Below, piece after piece: positions 13,701 to 25,128 of a stretch of DNA of 64,000 nt; position 1 is the first letter of the stretch; each line of letters opens with the position of its first letter. This DNA comes from Phoronis australis (Eukaryota > Animalia > Phoronida). The DNA lies in the NCBI GenBank assembly GCA_002633005.1, contig NMRA01000071.1, positions 1,081,893 to 1,145,892 of the forward strand, written 5' to 3'. The position numbers and the translations under genes are program-made. The notes under the pieces were generated by a model. It was not told where the DNA came from and made no database searches. It was given only the letters and a program-made list of their open reading frames with translations.

Positions 13701-15399
13701 GAGGGAGTTTCACTACAATCCGAAAAAACATCTCTGAAGATTGTGGATTTGTCACTCTTCACAATCTTTGCCTTTCTATTTTAATGTTCTGTGGTACTTC
13801 GCTTCTTAACTCATAAGGTCTTTTTATCTTCGAATTTCATTTGGATATTCAGGGCTCCGCACTGAGCTATTGCTATGAAAAAACGCGAACTGTTAATGCT
13901 AATTGAACATTTAACCACGAGAGTTGTCATGCAAATTTTTCAGACGGACTTATCAGGAACTGATCCACAGGCAGCCTGAGAAATTTACATGTTGTCTGAT
14001 CTGTCACCTAAAAAAATTCACAGTCTAAGAATTTGATTAGTTGGTGCAACTGAAGATAAGTCAGCTAATTTACATGAAGCACTGCAGTGAATGAAAATTA
14101 ATTTTTTAATCAAATGCTCAAACCATAGCCAATCGATTTACACTTAAGGTAGTCAACTTTGACGAAATGGACTGTGACTTCCCCTGTCCTCAAATTACGA
14201 CGAGGACGTTGGCCACTTAGGCACTTCAATTTAATTACAATTCACCTATCTAAGTAATTAATAATTATGGAAAATTGAGAAGAGTTTCCGCCCGTCCCAG
14301 CATTACGGCGGGGGATGGCGGGGGTATGAAGTGTTTGTAAAACCAATGCGATTGTCAAACGTTTCTGTGGAGCCGTTTCCATTGCTGTTGTTGCGACTCG
14401 GGAATTATTTTCTATACATGGCGTGCCTGACCATGTCGGTGCTACTGTTGAAACTGGTATGCTTATTACAGTGGTGCTACAGTTCCTGAAGCCGCTCATA
14501 ATTATGTACGTTGTGTTTTGGCTGATTTTGATGCTGCTGCCGTTGCTGCTGTTGCGTGGGCGGCGCAGGATCGAAAAAGTAGGGCTATAGCCCCTCAGTC
14601 CCCATGAGGTGCATTACCCATAGACCATGGGCGGCGCAGCAAGGAAAGAAGTCTGGGCGCTATAGCCCCCAGCTCACCATGGTGCACCGTCCACGTGATG
14701 TTGAAGTTTCGCAACTGGTGTGGATGCAATGCTTTAGCCCCGAATAACGTTTATTCGGGATTTTATGGATATCAAATCCAGACGTGGGCATAATTTTCCC
14801 AGAAACCCATTTTAATGTAAACCCAAAAAACGCTGACATATGCAACAGTTGAAAGCAGGTATAAAAATGGCCGTACCTTGAAGCCACGTCCACACCTTAA
14901 TCTACATAACTCGTAGGGTTCTTCTTTCGACTTTCCTTTCGATGTTACGTCGACTATGGGACTCCTGTAACATCCATGAATTGTTCTTGGATGTACCCAA
15001 TATTCTTGTTTCCCTGTAAGAAATGGCAGATGTTTAATGCAAATCTTGGTTTATTTGCTTGTTGGTGCAATGTATTTTAGTCAATCTTTCCATCAAAACG
15101 TGTCAAATATCTTGTTGAAACACAATTTACTAAATACCTTCCATATTAGTGGCTTTGTTATTAACTGTTTACTTGGGGAAATGAAATTTCTACAAGCACC
15201 TTGCCTTTTTCCCGTTTATTTCTCGAACTTATATCTCATCTACATAAAACAGCACGTGTTTTGCTAATGGGTCGGAAACTTTTCTTTTTGCTTGAAATCA
15301 AACGCAAAATGGCGATTCGGATGCCATTTTCCATTATTTAGTTTGTGAAGCCATAGCCCCGCTGTCTCTGGTTTGAATCATAATACGGGAATAGACATT

Positions 15400-15605
15400 T
15401 TTCACTGCCATTGGGATTAAGCAATGTTGGTGCAATACACTGTATCTCATTCACTCCCTTGCGATTATTCACAAGTAAGACCGAGCTCAGAGGAGTAGGA
15501 GACAACTTTGTGCAATACTCGAAAGTCAGTCAGTGGAGCCAGGATTTGAACCCAGGACTCCTAAGCAGGAGTCTGGAGCTTTAACCACTGAGCCACACTG
15601 TCTCC
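15400..15605 (-). mobile_element. tRNA-derived SINE (CORE/MIR-like head)
   Basis: Reverse complement reads GTGGCTCAGTGGTTAAAGC (A box)...GGGTTCAAATCCTGGCTCC (B box), then TTGCACAAAGTT...CCTCTGAGCTCGGT resembling the CORE domain. No CCA end or clean cloverleaf. Confidence 0.7.
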
Positions 15606-16959
15606 TCATAGAGTCTCTTAGTGGACCTTTCTGATGTTTGGCACATACATGAAAATAGATATTGTGCAGTGTGAACTGCTCTGCTCTAGTCGTTTCTCGC
15701 TTCCACTAAACATTATCAACAGGGCTCTTATGGTTAACTAGGAGTTAAATGTTTTTGTTTGAAATCAGACGCCCGATGGATCTTGGCCAACATATGTTTC
15801 GTTTGCTGAGCTGTGGATCTCCTATCTCCGGATGGATTTATCTTACGTTTCATCTATTAAGACCACTTGAAGAGCTGTCTAAAGTGAGGTACATGTATCT
15901 GTTATTACGTCAAGCGTTTCTCGCTCCATTACTTACAGAGTGAGGGCTGTCCTTTTAAACTAACTCCTCTTTGAATTTTTTTGGTCAACAATCACGTAGG
16001 TCGCGCTACAGGTGACATTATTGGGGATTAATAATTTAATACACCTGTAACATGGCATTTCTTCTTTAAAATGCTTAGCTTTTCACACTGAAACCTCGGA
16101 GTTCCTTTAAATGTTTTCTACAATTACTTCATTCATTTTTGTAATTTTCTGTGTGCAGATTGATGTAGAATTTGAGGGTGACCATTGAAATCTTCACATT
16201 CCTTCTACGGACTTTGAAGCCTGTTTAAGGATTGGTTCACCACAAGGGACCACCACAAAATATCTATCACCGCCCTGTCACAATTGTGTGAGAGAAGTAT
16301 TTCTCTTTTTGAAGAAAAAAATATTTAAGTTTTTGGACTGCGAAATGTTGAAAATAATAAATGATTGATTTTGAAATCTTAGATACATCACGTGATCAAT
16401 AGAAAGGCCGGATGGGGGAGTTGTGGATCCCAGCTGCGCTCCATTCAATTTTTTCTTCACAATCTTCTTCTCTTTGACTGTCCATCCGTCGGCTATATTG
16501 ACAGCCGCTTTGTTCGTGTGGTCCTCAGACACACTATCTTATATTCATTTACTTATATTGAACTGAAATCATTGCCACGCTCGAGTTTTGCACTGTTGTC
16601 AGGTGTGCCACTGAAGTACTGTATTTGCGTTTCTCTCGTCGTTAGAGGTGTCGTCATCACCATTGTCATCTTCGGCCATGCAGCGGCGTTGTCACAGTGA
16701 CGGCCAAACAGTTGTCATTGGCAGTCTTGTCTCACTGTAGTCTGTATAATTTAGTTGCTCACGAAATAGCCACTGAAGTTGTCCATTACATCGTCAGCGG
16801 CGAGTTGGCGATCGTTATAGAATGTTTGGGTAAACGTCGTGATGTTACGACGCTTGCTGTCACTCTCAGATTATCCGGTTTTTCGGGTTATTGACGCTAA
16901 CAGTATCATAATAAGATATTTATGGTTGCCCTCCAAGAACAGAAAAATCTAGACAATTT

Positions 16960-17330
16960 AATTCAATGAAATTGTAACCAGGTAAAAGTTGTCAACATAT
17001 AAATCAAATGGCGAAAACAAATGAACACTTGCATGACAGTTGAAGACTGATCAGGATCACTGTACACCAAGTGGCGCGCAGGACTGTGACCAAGAACATC
17101 GCTGCAGATGGAAAGACACTGGGACCACGTGGACTGGAACAAAGTTGGGTCACAATTAGTTGTGTAGGTTCTTTCAAGTTCCTCACCTGCTTGAAATATG
17201 TGGATATCACATGGCACTTGCGAGTAGATCACGATGGAGCTCAAACTAATGTCTAGGAAATCCAAGTTTACATTTTGAAAGACACCATCGAATGAATATT
17301 TGATATATTGTAAGTGAGAACTTTGTCACT
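16960..17330 (-). mobile_element. Possible Penelope-like RT remnant
   Basis: LDFLDISL...VIYS...DIHIF...ICSD spacing resembles the FLD...ICS region C-terminal to Penelope RT; very decayed. Confidence 0.35.
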
Positions 17331-18724
17331 TCTACGGTTATTTATTCATCTCGCCACTCTGAAGTTTTCTTAGAGACTCAGAGTAACTTGTTATAATTTC
17401 TAGAGAAGAGCGGGCTTATTTGTAGTTGGATAGGACACTCTCTAAATAGTTGGGGAAGATGCAATCGATTAGTTGGCGGAAGCTGTTTTAACGTGTACCA
17501 GTGTAAATTCCCTCCAATACACAGATGTAGGCAGATAATTGTGCCTGGTCTGCTGAGAATGGTATCACGAAGCAAACATTTCACTATGCTTAACCGGAGT
17601 TACCCGACGAAAGGCGCCTCATTCTTTCCATATGCTCACTAATAAATACACATTGCCGGTGTTCACGTCCATCCTGATTTGATGCAATTCTACAGTAGCT
17701 TCTACCAATGAATATAAAGTGAAACACCACCAATGGAGAATTCCACACGCCGGTAACATGTTTACGTACAACTTTTTTCAGTAAAGGCAGTTTGAAAGAA
17801 CAAATTGTTGAATTAAAAGATGGAAACAATAAAAAATGTAAAATTATGCTCATTCACCTTAACGTACTCTCTCCCTAAGTTTTGTGGAACGTGGCCATTG
17901 GTACATGTAGCTGCTCGTGGAAATATTTCCTAGACATCGACAGCGCGTTTACAGTTCGTTATTTCAGACCATGTTCTTACGTGACTTTCCGATATTAACC
18001 ACCATAGTTTAGCCAGAGAAGAATTGCGTGTAGTTAAGTCTCTTGAGAAAGTCATTCAGCGACATATGGTTGTAAAAGGTATAAAACGCGCAAAAATATC
18101 TATTGTAAAAGGTCGTGTATTCAAATAATTGTGGTTCGAGTTTGCTCTGGATCGAGGTTCGGGTACTTAGGGTAAGCGAGGTTTATAGGACGTGACCCAC
18201 AGAAGGGATTTAGTTTCACGGGAGTTTCTCCCCGAAATGCTACCTTTTGTAAGTTACTTTCTCGAAAAGCGTTCTGTTTGGTGAAATGTCTTTTTCGAAT
18301 ACCGCTATCGCAAAGAGTGCAAGTTTTCCCAGAATAAAACTGCAAAAGAGTGCCCATTTTTATCCACGATGTGTAATTGAATGGGTGTGCTATTCCTTAT
18401 TCTTGGTTCAAAGCTGTGTCATTAAAAACTACAGTCTTCCTTTTCTAAACTAAATTATGTAACGGTGTTGCAAAAATGGCATTCTAACGTTATTCTCCTG
18501 CTAAGGGTGTGGAGCAATCTTTAGCGACAGCTTTCGGCTCCATGAAATATTGCGTCACTTATTGTTCACTTTCTATTTTCGCCGATTCTTCAATCAACTG
18601 TTCTTCTTACACCAGGATGCGTACACGTCACAACAAATTATCTGAACTGGTTTCACTTCATTTTAAGTTTTAGATATTTGATACTGAAAGACCGAATTTC
18701 AGACTTACATTTGCTACTCCCAAG

Positions 18725-19870
18725 CACAGGCGCTTGGGTTTATCGCAAATGACGTCACTCAATAATCTATATAAGAAAACATAAAGGTTGGACACTTAAA
18801 CTTTGCCAAGCCGAGGCTCCCAACTTCAACCGTCCAGAATCCAAATAAAATCTGCGTGCACCTCCCTCAGTCTAGTGTTGCATAAACCTTCGAAGCCTTA
18901 TCTTTCCTAGATCCCATTAACTGACTTCGTGAGTGGTGAATTGGCGATGGAATTTCCAAAACAATCTCAAAACTCTGAATTCAAGGACCTGAAATAGTAA
19001 ACATGGCGGATTTCAGTTGTGCTTGAACTTGTACGCCTGACGTAGGTGAAACTTCGAGTTTGAGCAAGCAACTTATATTTCAAATTCAATAATACTAATC
19101 CAAAACTCAACTAATTGAGAATGTTAAAGTTAGTATTTTAATGATTATTTGTAACTTTATTCCACTGACGGCTCATTTTAGCCCTTAACTTAGAATTTTA
19201 TTGCATAAACTGGCGTATCTTGTTTCTCATCTTGACATCACGCACTTTTTTGATTGAAGCACAACACACACTCGGCCAGGAAACGCAGTCCGTGCATGTA
19301 TTACAATGCGCGTGGCCGAAGAGTTAACTCAATGCTTTTGGCCGAAAGTAAAACATTCATAAGAAATCACAGTACACAAAAAACTTCGCATATCAATACA
19401 GTATCAGGATAATTCATATTTGACATAAATATGTGAGTAATTACATTTATTTGGCAATAAAGTGCTCTCTGCTTCTCATGATCAAGTAGTCGATGGATTG
19501 ACGGCGAAAGCCGCGCGAAATTAGATTTTCGGATTTAGCTCGGGAGCTTCCGTCAAAACCCGGATGTGCGAAGACCGTCTGCCATCATATAATATTATAG
19601 TCTATGCTGCCATGACATCACGGAATTAGGTCCTTGAATTTGTGATTTCGACATTCTTTTGGCATTTTGTCGCCAAATCACCACTCGAAGGCAATTTGAA
19701 GAGATCAAAGGACAGAAGGTATTCTAAGAGTTGTTCGATGCTAGTTTCGTGGAGTTCCACGCACATTTGAGTAGAAAATTTTTAGGAAACAGATTTCGAG
19801 TGTCCAACCTTTATGTTTTCTTATATATATTATTGAGTGACGTCATTTGCGATAAACCCAAGCGCCTGTG
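18725..19870. mobile_element. Non-autonomous TIR element (P- or hAT-like), 8-bp TSD CTCCCAAG, long TIRs
   Basis: CACAGGCGCTTGGGTTTATCGCAAATGACGTCACTCAATAAT...GGTTGGACACT at 18725 is inverted at 19870, near-perfect for about 70 bp with weaker similarity further in. CTCCCAAG at 18717-18724 and 19871-19878. Confidence 0.88.
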
Positions 19871-20577
19871 CTCCCAAGCTATCATCATCTCTAGAGCGAC
19901 ATCGCAAAAAATTAGGAAATGGCGCGTTCGTGTGAGACGAGCGTACTGTTTTCAAAATGACGACATACTTTTCATTGTTGGAAAGGCGTAGAGTTACGCA
20001 AGAAACTAGCGTTTATTGCATTGTTTTTTCACTTGAACGGCTGCAACGGACAAGATGACTGTCCGTTGATTCCTATATTTCCATGTACCCCGTAAGGTCT
20101 GTTGCTTTACATGTGGATTCTGTACAAGTATAACGGCGAGGTGGTGAGAGAACTACCCTGGCAGTGTGCAGTTTCGGGGTCAAGGGAAGAAATACACACC
20201 GTGGTACCTAGCTGTATTTTGACGACAGTCTTCGTACAACTACATGTAGCTGGCTGGCTAGCAATTCCCCATCTGCAAATCCCGTCATAAGCGTGGAGGT
20301 ACTCTACAAATTGTCGCATAATAAGTCGAGAACCCATACATGTAAACACTTTCACTGGCATACCCACAAGTAATTTGATCAGAGTCATATTTACAGTACT
20401 TTTGAGTTAGGCCTACGGACTTCGAACCCTGTTGGGCTTTGTTTCCCTATTAAGATGGAGTCTGCTCCCGGTTGGCGAAGTAACACTTCTACAAGTTTCG
20501 GAAAATTTGATGATCGAACCGGTTGAAGACGTCAAGTCGACATTGACCTACCTTTTGAACTTTGCATGTCAGAGGTC

Positions 20578-20655
20578 GCTGTTTAAGTAGTGCGGGAGGT
20601 GAATACGGAAAACATTATTTCATGGCCCTATTTCCCTCCACAGATTCAACGCGCG
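20578..20655 (+). repeat. ~80 bp dispersed repeat, second copy at about 36582-36657
   Basis: AAGTAGTGCGGGAGGTGAATACG.AAAAC...CATGGCC.TATTTCCCTC.ACAGATTCAACGCG in both places. Confidence 0.8.
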
Positions 20656-21889
20656 TGGTATAAAATCCCATGAAACTACATTCTATATCCAATAACATAT
20701 CAAAACTTACCTAAGTCCGTATTTGGAGTGCGTGATTACTTGTAATACATCGTAAGCAAACGTGATTCGATCGTCGCGCGTTTTATCACATCTGTGACTT
20801 GATAACACGGGCAATTCGTGACAAAGCTACGATTGTGGAGCCCGTTTCTGTCTAAACTTTGTTTGAAATCGAACCAACTTGAACTGAACAAAATTGAGTT
20901 AACCGTATTTTTTAAATTTGTTAAAAAAACCTCTCCGTTACTTTCAACTACACAGAACACAGAATGTGTTCGTTGGTCCAAAGATATCAATAAACCTTTT
21001 TGAGAGGTCTTGATTTTTGACACTTTAAGCAAATTGAGCAAAGATTGATTAATAGTGCAGGGCGTGTGTCCACTTATGTCTTGAACCTAGTTAAAATAAA
21101 ACTGATCACGGACAGTTTGTGGTAAGAAGAACAATGAATAATATCCGGACATGATGCCATGTACAATGACTTTAAGTATAAATAGATCGAAGAACCGCAA
21201 AGGTTCTTAGTGTTCTTCTTCAAAGCAAAAATCATTTCTCAAAAGCACGCAAGTACCAACTTGGTTGTACATGTACATGTACATGTACGAAATATGGCAC
21301 TAGCTGTCTTATAACTATTCATGGGCTTAAACAGCGTGTGCTATTTTTGAAGAGGCACACTAACTCGGTTACCAACAACAATATTTACATTATGAAACAA
21401 CATAGCATTTTTGTCAAACGTAAATGCAAAGTGACAATAAAACAACACATTTCAGTTTGAAATAGTGTAGTGAATCCATCTACATGTATACGCGATATCT
21501 CTGCCATTGTTTTCTTTGGACCATTAATGGTTTATACATGTACATGGGAATTTAAAGGCGAAGGCAACATTTTTCAATGTCATTTTGAGCAAAAATAAGG
21601 TTGGTTGGTTATCCTAGACATATTTTCCACTTAATTACAGCTTTTCGTAATTTTAAAAATTACTCGTCCGCTACTCCTGAAGTGACGTATTAGGAGGCGA
21701 GCGTTTCCCGCCACTTGGTTTTGCGTTGACTTTACCGTGCGAATCTGTTCTATTCTACTTTTGTTTTGTGCTGTTTTTCAACAATTGTAACCACCACTTT
21801 CCATCGGTGAGTATTTTGCGGAAAGATAGGTTAGTAGAGAACTGAACTACGTTGGATTAAGGGATTGTTTAGTGTTTCGTAAGCTGAAA

Positions 21890-22190
21890 ATGGCTGGAGT
21901 CGGTGACCGTATCACAGTGACAGTAGTGTGAGTGACGGAGACCTTGTTCACAGCAGTGGTGACCAAGACTTTTTTCACGGACATTCAGTGGGTGGGTACA
22001 TGTTTGCGCCCGAGTATAACGAGGCAGAGTATGCACAGGCACAGGCAGCTGTTGAGAGAAACGAGGCGGCTACTGAGGACAGACGTGGTGACACATATTG
22101 GTGCAACTGCACTGTGTGCGTTGTTATGCCTACCTCAATGGAATGCTTGTGCTGCTCAGAGTTCGACAAGGCCAAGCCACTACTGGACAT
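21890..22190 (+). pseudogene. KolX-like (P2X7 ballast / nanor-like Cys-rich) N-terminal fragment
   Basis: GYMFAPEY...DRRGDTYWCNCTVCVVMPTSMECLCCSE matches the Y.F.P...R......WC.C..C..M....EC.CC.E motif. Frameshift after the ATG at 21890; truncated near 22190. Confidence 0.8.
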
Positions 22191-22969
22191 GGTTAAGTGG
22201 ACCTCCGGCATACCACGGACAGAGGAAGAACTGTCCCACCTGCCAGAGTGTCCCGTGACACACTCCCACTGAATGGTAACCTGAGCACCCAAACTGCTTA
22301 CATCGTGTCATGTGACTCCCTCGCCACACACCTTCTAAGTATCTCCAACACTTTAGACAAGTCCACAATAAACTTATAAATGTTTGGCTCACCGATCTGT
22401 TCACTGGACTACGAACTGTCCTCTTCACTGGGTGTCGAACTGAGCCTGTAATCACTCCCACTACTCAATATCGCTGCAGGGCTGCTTAGAGGCTCAGGGC
22501 TGGAGAAAACAGCACAAAGCAAATCACCACTGGTTCCAGGAATTGCACGCTCTGGGGTACGTTCGGAAGCACGGGTGACAGTAGATGAAATGCCTCCACT
22601 GGCTCCAGTCCTGGCCACAGCTAGCGAGGCTTCTCGCTTCACAAACGCACTTCTCGGGGGTGGAGACGGGGCACTGCCGGGAATCAACACAGACGGAATG
22701 GCATCCTTCTTCAGACGTTGTTTCGCAGGGACCTTCATCAGTTCAGCGTACAAATCCCTTTCGTAATCGGATGGCAGAAAGTGCTAGCCACACACACGGT
22801 AATTCTTCACTTCTTTGTACGTTTCGTGGACGGGTAGCGCTGTGTTCTTCTCACGAACGAGCCAAGTACGGCGAAGTGTGTCATCCATCGGAAAGCGATG
22901 CAAAGATACTCCCAAAGCGAGCGTGAGCCGATAATTAGTACATCCCAGTACGCAGAAACAGTGTGGCAT
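22190..22969 (-). pseudogene. THAP domain + N-terminal part of Kolobok-type transposase, frameshifted and truncated
   Basis: MPHCFCVLGCTN...SLHRFP.D...RRTW...RVC, RLKKDAIPSV (AVPT-box), then CLKC and GAQVTIQWECVTGHSGRWDSSSSVRGMP in successive frames. Confidence 0.82.
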
Positions 22970-25128
22970 GTTGACTGACTAGTAAATGAAAGCAAACGAC
23001 GACGGAACTTAACACAACCGAGGTATAACAATGACTGACTCGGCAGCTCTCACAGTCAGACTATATGAAAAGAAATTGGCTCGAAATGCTTGCCTCCTAA
23101 AACGTCACTTCCGGAGTAATAAAAAAGAAGATATTAAAAGAAAGACAACATGATTTAATAATAATAATAAATATTTAATAAACAATTAATAATGAATAGG
23201 GCGCCACCAGTAGTTAAGTACGTATACCAAATTTCGATTTATGCAACAGCCAATAGATGGAATTTCGTAACACATTGTTTGTGCACATATATATGCACAT
23301 ACAAACACACAAATACACATGTATATGTGAACAACATAGATAGTCTGGTCTGGGGATATTGAATGCAAGTTTGCTGAACAGAAAGAATATAATTAAATTG
23401 ATTTCTTAAAACTATTTTAAAGTCACCAATGCCATCAAAAGGGGGAGCTTTCTATAAAAAGGAACCGCTGTAAGAAAATGATTTTTCCAGTTTCGTTACA
23501 GGCTTTCAGATGACAGTGAGACCATAGTGCTATAGCGACTGGCAGAAATAGTGAACTTAGCACTTAGGCACATTTAATTTGAAAAAAGACGTCTATTACC
23601 GATTTTCTATATAGTCTAGTGACATCGTTCACTTCAAGTTTGTAATGAAATGGCAGTGACATGAAATGTGTGGGACAAGAGTGCAAGTAGTAATGATTGT
23701 GAAGGTTCCAGGATGAGGAGGGGGTGGCATCTTTGGTCCCACAAATAATTACAAAGCGCGACTATATTCATACAGCGAGGGCTGCATGTATAACAAAAGC
23801 AACTCAAAGCGTTTAAATTCGCCTACAAATACACCACAGTCAGTGTGCTTCAAGGAGTGTTTATTTCTATCAAGAATGGCCACTAATTTGCGCAGAACAT
23901 GACAAATAAATCCGAAAACGGGGGCATGTCATCGTTTATTAAGAGAAAAGTATTTACTAAACTTTAAAAGGACTTCGAAGCACTTCAGAGAAACAAAGGA
24001 AAACGGAATATAAATGAATTGCCACAAGGATGCTCAACGTTCCTTGACTGCGTCTGAAAGTCCTCGTCTTCAGTTGTCCACTCTATATAGATACACTTGC
24101 TCATTCTAACTTCATGTAATAAAGACACAGCATTGGATTTAGGCGATGGAGCCATGGACGCTAAAAGACAAAACGACCCCTAGGAGGTGCCACAGTAATC
24201 GAAGTCGTCAGAAAATCAATGCAACCGCCCTCTTGACACGAAGAACATGCAAGTCAATTTTCACAATCATCCTTACAGTGGTTTGGATGATAGAGGTGCG
24301 GGCGACAAAACAGACTATAAAACAGTAAAGATGACGACTAGATGCCGCAAAACACATTGAATCCATCTGAAAACGGAATCCTACATTTGCCTTTTAGTAC
24401 AAAGTTGCTTATTAAAATTTATAAAAAAGCCGTCAAGGAACTTTAGAGAAACAGATGAAATCAGAAAAAAATTAATTAGACAGAGGGTTTTGTCGAATCC
24501 GTCTGAAAGTCGTCGTCGTTGGCTGTCAGCTCCATATAATAGATTTGCTAATCAAATAAAGATCGTGCTTTGAGTTTAGGAGTCACAGCTGTGTGCGCAA
24601 TACGAACAGAACTGTCATTAGTGGGCGCAGTAAAAATGACACTATGTGGCGCAAAATACATCAAATAAATTCGAAAATCGGGGGATATAGCGTCATCTCA
24701 CCAACTTATGCTGATGTGCCAATTTTCATGGAAATCTGTTGAGAACATTCGAATATACAGAAGATTACAAAAGAAACGAAAATTGCCAGAAATTAGGGGA
24801 ACAACGGTAATCCGATCCCTCCAAAAGCCATCGTGCAAAGCGTTAAGGAGATAGGAGCAAAAGCGCAAAAACAAACAAAAACGCCACAAAGAGGCGCCAA
24901 AGTGGTCAAAGTCGTCGCAAAATCATCGTCATCCTAATTAAAACCTACCTGTATATGTCAACTTTCATAATCACCCTTAAGGTAGTTTGGCTCATAGAAG
25001 GGAAGACGTCCAAAAACAGACTCGGAAAGTGTACAAAATATCTCAAATCCACCTGAATACCCGTTGAGGACATAAAATACAGAGGAAAGTGCAAAACTGA
25101 AATTGACGGTAGGGTATACACCGGCATT

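Larger units (their letters stand above)
21556..23120. mobile_element. Internally deleted Kolobok DNA transposon with convergent KolX (+) and THAP-transposase (-) remnants
   Basis: TTAA|AGG left end at 21552-21558; 36-bp subterminal inverted repeat at 21672-21707 / 23083-23118; see the two pseudogene entries. Right terminus not recognisable. Confidence 0.8.

Noticed and set aside
15530-15605. tRNA gene
   Set aside because: Has A and B boxes but no proper acceptor or anticodon stems, and continues into a CORE-like body; called a SINE.
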